A DNA stretch of 64,000 nt from Clostridia bacterium (GTDB taxonomy: Bacteria > Bacillota > Clostridia > Oscillospirales > CAG-272): the NCBI GenBank assembly GCA_017465885.1, contig JAFTVG010000021.1:46500-110499 (forward strand). Direction: 5' to 3'. The position numbers and the translations under genes were made by a program. Of the stretch, positions 58,821 through 64,000 are shown one piece after another (the stretch's first letter is position 1; each line of letters begins with the position of its first letter). Under the pieces are notes generated by a model. That model made no database searches and had not been told where the DNA came from. It worked only from the letters and a program-made list of their open reading frames with translations.

Positions 58821-58882
58821 TTGCTACACTACTTTTGCTTACTTTTACCTTAATTATGCTCCGTTTGGTTACTCTTTCGCAG

Positions 58883-58972
58883 AAAAAAGCACACATTTGT
58901 CTACCAAGACAATGTGTGCTTTTTTGAATGAAATGCGCCTGCGGCGCTTCGCTAATGAAGCAGCCTTCGGCA
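58883..58972. repeat. Hairpin plus truncated multi-hairpin element D
   Basis: AAAAAAGCACACATT..TGTC-TACC..GACAATGTGTGCTTTTTT then GAATGAAAT-GCGCC/GGCGC, GCTTCGC, AATGAAG, GCC-TTC-GGC. Confidence 0.55.
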
Positions 58973-59105
58973 AAGGAGGTGCAAAGGATGTGAGCTTACG
59001 CCCAATGAGATTGCACTCCCCCAAAGCGGTGCATTGACTTCCTTCTCATTTTGTGGTATACTACCGATATACGGTGTGTAAATGATCGACGAAAGGATGA
59101 AACCT

Positions 59106-60143
59106 ATGAAAAATAAAAAGACCTGCAGGCTTTTGAGCCTTGCGTTGGTGCTTCTGACTCTGTTTTCCCTTCTTTGCGCCTGCGGCGGCACGGCGGGAGT
59201 GAGCTACGCCTGCACCGGCTACAGCGCGGCGTATGCCGGACAAAAGGAGACGCTATCCTTTAAAAACAACGAAAGCCTGCTTTTGCCCCCCGAGATCGTG
59301 CGCGGCGTGACCCTTTTTGCCGCGATGGAGCTTGGATTTGAGGACCAGGAAACCGCCGCCCGCATCGTTTACGATTTTTCGGGCGATATGGGCAAGGCGT
59401 ATATGAAGAAGGTGGTGGAAGCCGCAGGCGGTGTGGAGGCACTTCTTGAAAAGATGAACGCCCTTGCCGACAAGTGGGGGCTTTACCATACCTCCTTTGG
59501 CAGTCTAACGGGGGCTGTGAGCAAGGAAAAGGAGCTGTACGCCCTGATGGAGCTGGGAGAGCCCGCTTTTGAAAGCAGTCTTTCCACCACCTCCGACCTG
59601 CTGATCCTCGGACAGAAGCTTTATGAGAATCAAACGCTGTGCACCCTCTATTCGGCAAGAGCCTACCGCTTTGAGGGCGACAAGGGGGACAGCCTTCGCA
59701 GAGCGCCTCTGTTTGATGAAAAGGATGACCGCTATCTTGAAAACGCCCGCTTTTATCTTGGCGGCACGGTGGTGGACGACCGCGGCAGAAGGACGGGCGC
59801 GGGCATCGCGGCAGTGGAGGAGGGCGGCAGGCTTTCCTTTGCGGCGGTCTGCTCCTATAGCGGCAACGAGGATCCGACCTTGTATCTGTCTGCAGATCTT
59901 GGAAACCTGTGCGGAAAGATCCACGGCAAAAGCTACGGTCTTTCGGTCTCTCCCAAGGGCAGTCAGGTGGTGGAGGAGGACGAGGGTACCGTCTTTCTCG
60001 GCACCAATCTGTTTTACGTGATCATGTTCTTCTTCCTTGTGATCGTGGGTGTCCTTGCCCTGCTGGGTATTGCAATCAGTATCTATAACGTGATCAAACG
60101 AAACCGCGAGGGCAGAAAGAAGTATGCTCCGCCGAAGGAATAA
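59106..60143 (+). CDS. D-Ala-D-Ala carboxypeptidase (S11)-like protein, apparently lacking catalytic motifs
   Basis: LLEKMNALADKWGLYHTSF and STTSDLLILG resemble S11 helices; lipobox-like LCA-C; C-terminal TM helix. Confidence 0.6.
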   Translation: MKNKKTCRLLSLALVLLTLFSLLCACGGTAGVSYACTGYSAAYAGQKETLSFKNNESLLLPPEIVRGVTLFAAMELGFEDQETAARIVYDFSGDMGKAYMKKVVEAAGGVEALLEKMNALADKWGLYHTSFGSLTGAVSKEKELYALMELGEPAFESSLSTTSDLLILGQKLYENQTLCTLYSARAYRFEGDKGDSLRRAPLFDEKDDRYLENARFYLGGTVVDDRGRRTGAGIAAVEEGGRLSFAAVCSYSGNEDPTLYLSADLGNLCGKIHGKSYGLSVSPKGSQVVEEDEGTVFLGTNLFYVIMFFFLVIVGVLALLGIAISIYNVIKRNREGRKKYAPPKE

Positions 60144-60198
60144 GAGAATAACCCAAACAAAAGGCTGTGAAAGCTTTGCTTTCACAGCCTTTCATTTT

Positions 60199-60657
60199 TT
60201 ATTTCACGTCCACCTCGAAGCGATGTGCGCAACGAATGCATTTGACGGTGTGGTGCCCTTTTTTTCTGGGCAGTCGGAGGACCGACTTGCAGTGGGGGCA
60301 CTTTTTGAAAACGTGGGTCTTTCTGTCCCGCCACATAGCGCGGCGCAGACTGAAAAAGCCCCGAAGTCTTCGATAGGGCTTTTTGAAAAAGGAGGCGACC
60401 CTTCCGTAAATCCTTAAAAACTTGGCATTTTCTGCGGCACGGACGTACACCTTTCTTGAAAAGGTGCGGTAAAAGACCGAGACGATCAGAGCCGTTTCGG
60501 CAAGGGAGCATATAATGGAAGGGATGGGCAGACCTGCAAGGGTGAAAACGAAGCCGAACGCCATCAAAACAAGGGCGCTGACCAGCAAAAAGCGATTCAG
60601 CTTGTCACTTCCGTACCGCCCCATCATAAATTTTTGAAGCTTTTCTATAAATTTCAT
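60199..60657 (-). CDS. Conserved membrane protein with C-terminal zinc finger
   Basis: FMMGRYG.D.L, R.FSR..Y.R..EN, CPHC...CIRC. Confidence 0.82.
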   Translation of the reverse strand: MKFIEKLQKFMMGRYGSDKLNRFLLVSALVLMAFGFVFTLAGLPIPSIICSLAETALIVSVFYRTFSRKVYVRAAENAKFLRIYGRVASFFKKPYRRLRGFFSLRRAMWRDRKTHVFKKCPHCKSVLRLPRKKGHHTVKCIRCAHRFEVDVK

Positions 60658-60898
60658 ACCGTACACCTGACCTTCCTGGCATCAAGGATCCGAGAGCAAA
60701 AGACGAAACGGGCAGTAATTGGCCGTTTATGGAGGAAACGTGATCGTGGGCGCGTTTCGTCTTTTCTCGGAGGCGGAGAGCTTTCCGCTTTTCCTACTGT
60801 ATCATTCCCATATGAATTCTTTGTGAATAATCGCCGCCTTCCAAAAAAAATATGTGCCCCTTCTTAAAAACGGAAAATTTTTCTCCCTGCTCGTGGTT

Positions 60899-60929
60899 GT
60901 ATAAGCGGTATCGGGCAGGGTGAATACTT
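60899..60929 (+). promoter_or_regulatory. Possible forespore (sigma-F/G-type) promoter of sigG
   Basis: GTATA-N15/16-GGTGAATACTT loosely matches the sigma-F consensus. Confidence 0.3.
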
Positions 60930-61052
60930 CCATTGCCGGCGCTTTAGAGCGGCAAGCAGAGAGCAGACCCCGTGATTTTTCCAATAAACGCTTAAAAAAG
61001 GCTCGGCTTTTTGGAAAACAGGAAAGGAACGCCCTCGGGCGGTGGGAAAAGA

Positions 61053-61853
61053 ATGTATTTTTCGCGGGTGGAGCTGTGCGGTGTGAACACCTCCAAATTG
61101 AAGGTCTTGAAGACAGAGGAGATGGACGATCTCTTGAAAAAGGCAAGGGCGGGGGATGAGACGGCACGAAACAGTCTGATCGACGGCAATTTGCGGCTGG
61201 TTTTATCCATCATCCAGCGCTTTGCAGGCAGGGGAGAGAATATGGACGATCTATTTCAGGTGGGATGTATCGGGCTGATCAAGGCGGTGGACAATTTCAA
61301 CACCGATCTGGACGTCCGCTTTTCCACCTACGCCGTGCCCATGATCATCGGCGAGGTCAGGCGGTATTTAAGGGACAATAACGCCATCCGCGTTTCCCGC
61401 TCCATGCGCGATCTTGCCTACAGAGCCCTGCAGGCAAGGGATCGGCTTTCCGCAAAGCTTGAAAGAGAGGTGCGTATTGAGGAGATCGCCGCCGAATTAA
61501 ACCGCGAGCGGCCCGAGGAGGTTCACACTGCTGAGGAAATTTCAGCCGCCCTTGACGCCATCGCCCAGCCCCTCTCCCTTTTTGATCCCGTCTATTCCGA
61601 CGCCTCCTCGGGCGACTCTGTCTTTTTGATGGACCAGCTAAGCGACCCACAGAGCTGTGACGACTCCTGGCTTGAGTCCATTGCCTTAAAGGAGGCCCTC
61701 AGCCATCTGTCGGACAGAGAGCGCAAGATCGTTTCGCTGCGCTTTTTTGCGGGCAGGACCCAGATGGAGATCGCGGGGGAGATCGGCATTTCTCAAGCGC
61801 AGGTTTCAAGGCTTGAAAAGAACGCGCTTGAAAAGATCAGAAGGTTTTTTTGA
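61053..61853 (+). CDS. sigG: Sporulation sigma factor SigG
   Basis: VELCGVNTSKL N-terminus, DDLFQVGCIGL, TQMEIA.EIGISQAQVSRLEK. Confidence 0.92.
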   Translation: MYFSRVELCGVNTSKLKVLKTEEMDDLLKKARAGDETARNSLIDGNLRLVLSIIQRFAGRGENMDDLFQVGCIGLIKAVDNFNTDLDVRFSTYAVPMIIGEVRRYLRDNNAIRVSRSMRDLAYRALQARDRLSAKLEREVRIEEIAAELNRERPEEVHTAEEISAALDAIAQPLSLFDPVYSDASSGDSVFLMDQLSDPQSCDDSWLESIALKEALSHLSDRERKIVSLRFFAGRTQMEIAGEIGISQAQVSRLEKNALEKIRRFF

Positions 61854-62074
61854 AGGGGAAGAAGCGGATCTTTTTGCCGTCAGCCTCTTTTTTGCAACAC
61901 AAAAAGTGCACAAGAGCCAAAATAGGGCTCGTTTTGTGCACTTTTTGCCCCGATTTCGACGGTTTTTCACAAAAAAACATATTTTTTTGTAAATGCACTT
62001 GAAATTCCTTCGATTATGTGGTATACTATGAAACCGTAAGAGAACGTTTTGAAAAATGAATCCCGGAGGTACTT

Positions 62075-62308
62075 ATGTACGAACAGATCGTTGCCGTTCT
62101 GGCAAAGCAGTTGCAGATTGACCCTTCCAGCATTTCGATGGATACTGATATCGTAGAGGATCTGGGAGCGGACTCTCTGGACGTGGTGGAGATCTTGATG
62201 GAAATGGAGCAGACCTTCTCGCTGTCCATTCCCGATGAGGAGATCGTTAAGTTCAGAACCCCTAAGGATATCCTTGAATACGTCAAGGAGCAGACCGAGC
62301 AGGCGTAA
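62075..62308 (+). CDS. acpP: Acyl carrier protein
   Basis: DLGADSLD; GGAGG RBS. Confidence 0.95.
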   Translation: MYEQIVAVLAKQLQIDPSSISMDTDIVEDLGADSLDVVEILMEMEQTFSLSIPDEEIVKFRTPKDILEYVKEQTEQA

Positions 62309-62404
62309 ATCTGCAGGATGCAAAAACAAGATACGGAGTGTCCCCGGCACCCACCGATGGGTATCGCGGTGCACTCCTTGTTTTTTTAAAAAAAGGAGCT
62401 TTTT

Positions 62405-63001
62405 ATGGTAGATTTGCTGGAATTACATAAATATTTTCTCTCCTCCCACTTAAAGCAGGGAGGCGTTGCCGCCGATTTCACTATGGGCAACGGAAACGAC
62501 ACCCTGTGGCTCTCCCGTCAGGTGGGCAAGGAGGGACAGGTCTATGCCTTCGACGTGCAGGCAGGCGCGTTAAAGAACACCTACAAGCGGTTAAAGGAGG
62601 AAGGGGCGCCCTCCAAATGCACCCTGATCTTAGATTCCCACAGCAATTTAAAGAGCTATATCAAGACCCCCATCTGTGCGGGCATGTTCAATCTGGGGTA
62701 TCTGCCCGGAAGCAACAAGGTGCGCACCACCATGCGCAAGACCACCGCCAAGGCGGTCACCGACGCTATTGAGATGCTTGCCCCCGGAGGAGGACTGCTC
62801 ATCGCCGTTTATCCCGGTCACGAGGAGGGCTTTCTTGAGGGTGAGATGCTCAGAGAGATGCTTTCGGGCTACAGCCGCTACGTCTATACCGTGTCCGAGT
62901 TCCACATCATCAATTCGCCCTCCTCTCCCTTCTTTTTCCTTGTGGAGAAGACCGAGCGCACCGACTTTGGCAAATACGAGAAAAAGGCGGCAAAGAAATG
63001 A
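62405..63001 (+). CDS. YtqB/MnmM-like SAM-dependent methyltransferase
   Basis: DFTMGNGNDT, AFDVQ, FNLGYLPG, YPGH.EG. Confidence 0.88.
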   Translation: MVDLLELHKYFLSSHLKQGGVAADFTMGNGNDTLWLSRQVGKEGQVYAFDVQAGALKNTYKRLKEEGAPSKCTLILDSHSNLKSYIKTPICAGMFNLGYLPGSNKVRTTMRKTTAKAVTDAIEMLAPGGGLLIAVYPGHEEGFLEGEMLREMLSGYSRYVYTVSEFHIINSPSSPFFFLVEKTERTDFGKYEKKAAKK

Positions 63002-63960
63002 AGATCCTTTTGCTTGACGCAGAAACCCTGGGCGATGGGGTGGATCTTTCGCCCTTTGAAGAGCTGGGGCAGGTCTTTTACGGCGGCACGGTGAAGGACG
63101 AGCAGACCATGCTTGCCCTTGCCGACCATCCGCAGGCAGGCGGGGCGCAGGCGATCGTCTGCAATAAGGCTCCCGTCACCAAGGCGGTAATGGACGCCTT
63201 CAAGGATCTTCAATACGTGGGCGTTTTTGCCACCGGCTACAACAACGTGGACGTAGAGGCGGCAAGGGAGCGGGGCATTGCCCTTTGTAACGTGCCCGGC
63301 TATTCGGGAGGAGCGGTGGCTCAGCTGGTCTTCACCTTCATTCTGATGAGTGCGGGCAAGACCCACCTTTATATGGAGGAAACGGGACGCGGCGAGTGGA
63401 TCGGGTATCCCTCCTTTTCCATGCTCACCCACGAAACGGTGGAGCTTGAAGGAAAGACGCTGGGTATCCTTGGCTACGGCGACATCGGCAAAAGGGTCGC
63501 CGCTTTGGGGCATGCCTTTGGGATGAGGGTGATCGTCCACACGAGAACGGTGAAAAACGATCCCGCCGTTCTGTTCGTTTCAAGGGAAGAGCTGCTGCAG
63601 CAGAGCGATTTTCTTTCGCTCAACGCTCCGCTGACTACTGAGACTGCCGATTTTATAAATGAAGAAAGCCTTGGACTGATGAAGAAGAGCGCCGTGCTCA
63701 TCAACACCGCCAGAGGTGGTCTTGTAAACGAACGTGCCCTTGCCGCGGCGTTAAGGGAGGGCGCGATCGACAGCGCCTGCCTTGACGTGCTCCAAAGTGA
63801 GCCGATGGCGAAGGACTGCCCTCTTTTCGGACTGAAAAACTGCTTCATCACCCCCCATATAGCTTGGGCGCCCGCAGAAACCAGAGCGCGCTTGGCTTGC
63901 ATTGCGGCAGAAAATCTGTCCGCCTTTTTGCGGGGGGAAGAAAAAAACCGCGTGGTTTAA
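62998..63960 (+). CDS. D-2-hydroxyacid dehydrogenase
   Basis: ATGYNNVD, GYGDIG, INTARG, LDVL..EP, TPHIAWA. Confidence 0.93.
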   Translation: MKILLLDAETLGDGVDLSPFEELGQVFYGGTVKDEQTMLALADHPQAGGAQAIVCNKAPVTKAVMDAFKDLQYVGVFATGYNNVDVEAARERGIALCNVPGYSGGAVAQLVFTFILMSAGKTHLYMEETGRGEWIGYPSFSMLTHETVELEGKTLGILGYGDIGKRVAALGHAFGMRVIVHTRTVKNDPAVLFVSREELLQQSDFLSLNAPLTTETADFINEESLGLMKKSAVLINTARGGLVNERALAAALREGAIDSACLDVLQSEPMAKDCPLFGLKNCFITPHIAWAPAETRARLACIAAENLSAFLRGEEKNRVV

Positions 63961-64000
63961 GGCGAAAGGAAGGAATATGACCGAATCAAACAATAAAAAG

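Noticed and set aside
57562-58972. Diversity-generating retroelement or prophage
   Set aside because: Avd-like gene only; no reverse transcriptase, template/variable repeat pair, integrase or phage genes

Overview
Mostly core chromosome of a GC-rich, spore-forming Bacillota (Clostridia-like; inferred from polC, sigG, spoVT and a CIRCE operator). Housekeeping content includes prfB, trmK, pfkA, comM, tsaE/tsaB, rpiB, the pyrH-frr-uppS-cdsA-dxr-rseP-ispG-polC cluster, pgk-tpiA, pyk, guaB, acpP, four tRNAs, a yybP-ykoY (Mn2+) riboswitch before a P-type ATPase and a GH89 lipoprotein. I see no transposase, integrase, cas gene or CRISPR array. The unusual signal is non-coding. (1) Three ~175-bp twofold-symmetric elements, each 4 direct core motifs plus 4 inverted cores spaced by small hairpins rich in C-GNA-G loops, share architecture but not sequence. 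Two of them plus a degenerate fourth punctuate an AT-rich, cassette-like array behind tRNA-His that carries a four-helix-bundle (Avd/IVS-like) gene. (2) 160-bp tandem repeats behind tRNA-Arg(CCG) contain a T-loop copy and a 32-nt segment that appears in opposite orientations in two copies. (3) A five-copy REP-like family has covarying stems. (4) An IS1182-type MITE duplicated a terminator. (5) Two gene cassettes are flanked by direct repeats. (6) There is an orphan DnaA-box cluster and two candidate structured leaders. All calls were made by eye without database searches; start codons were adjusted to the best RBS where visible.
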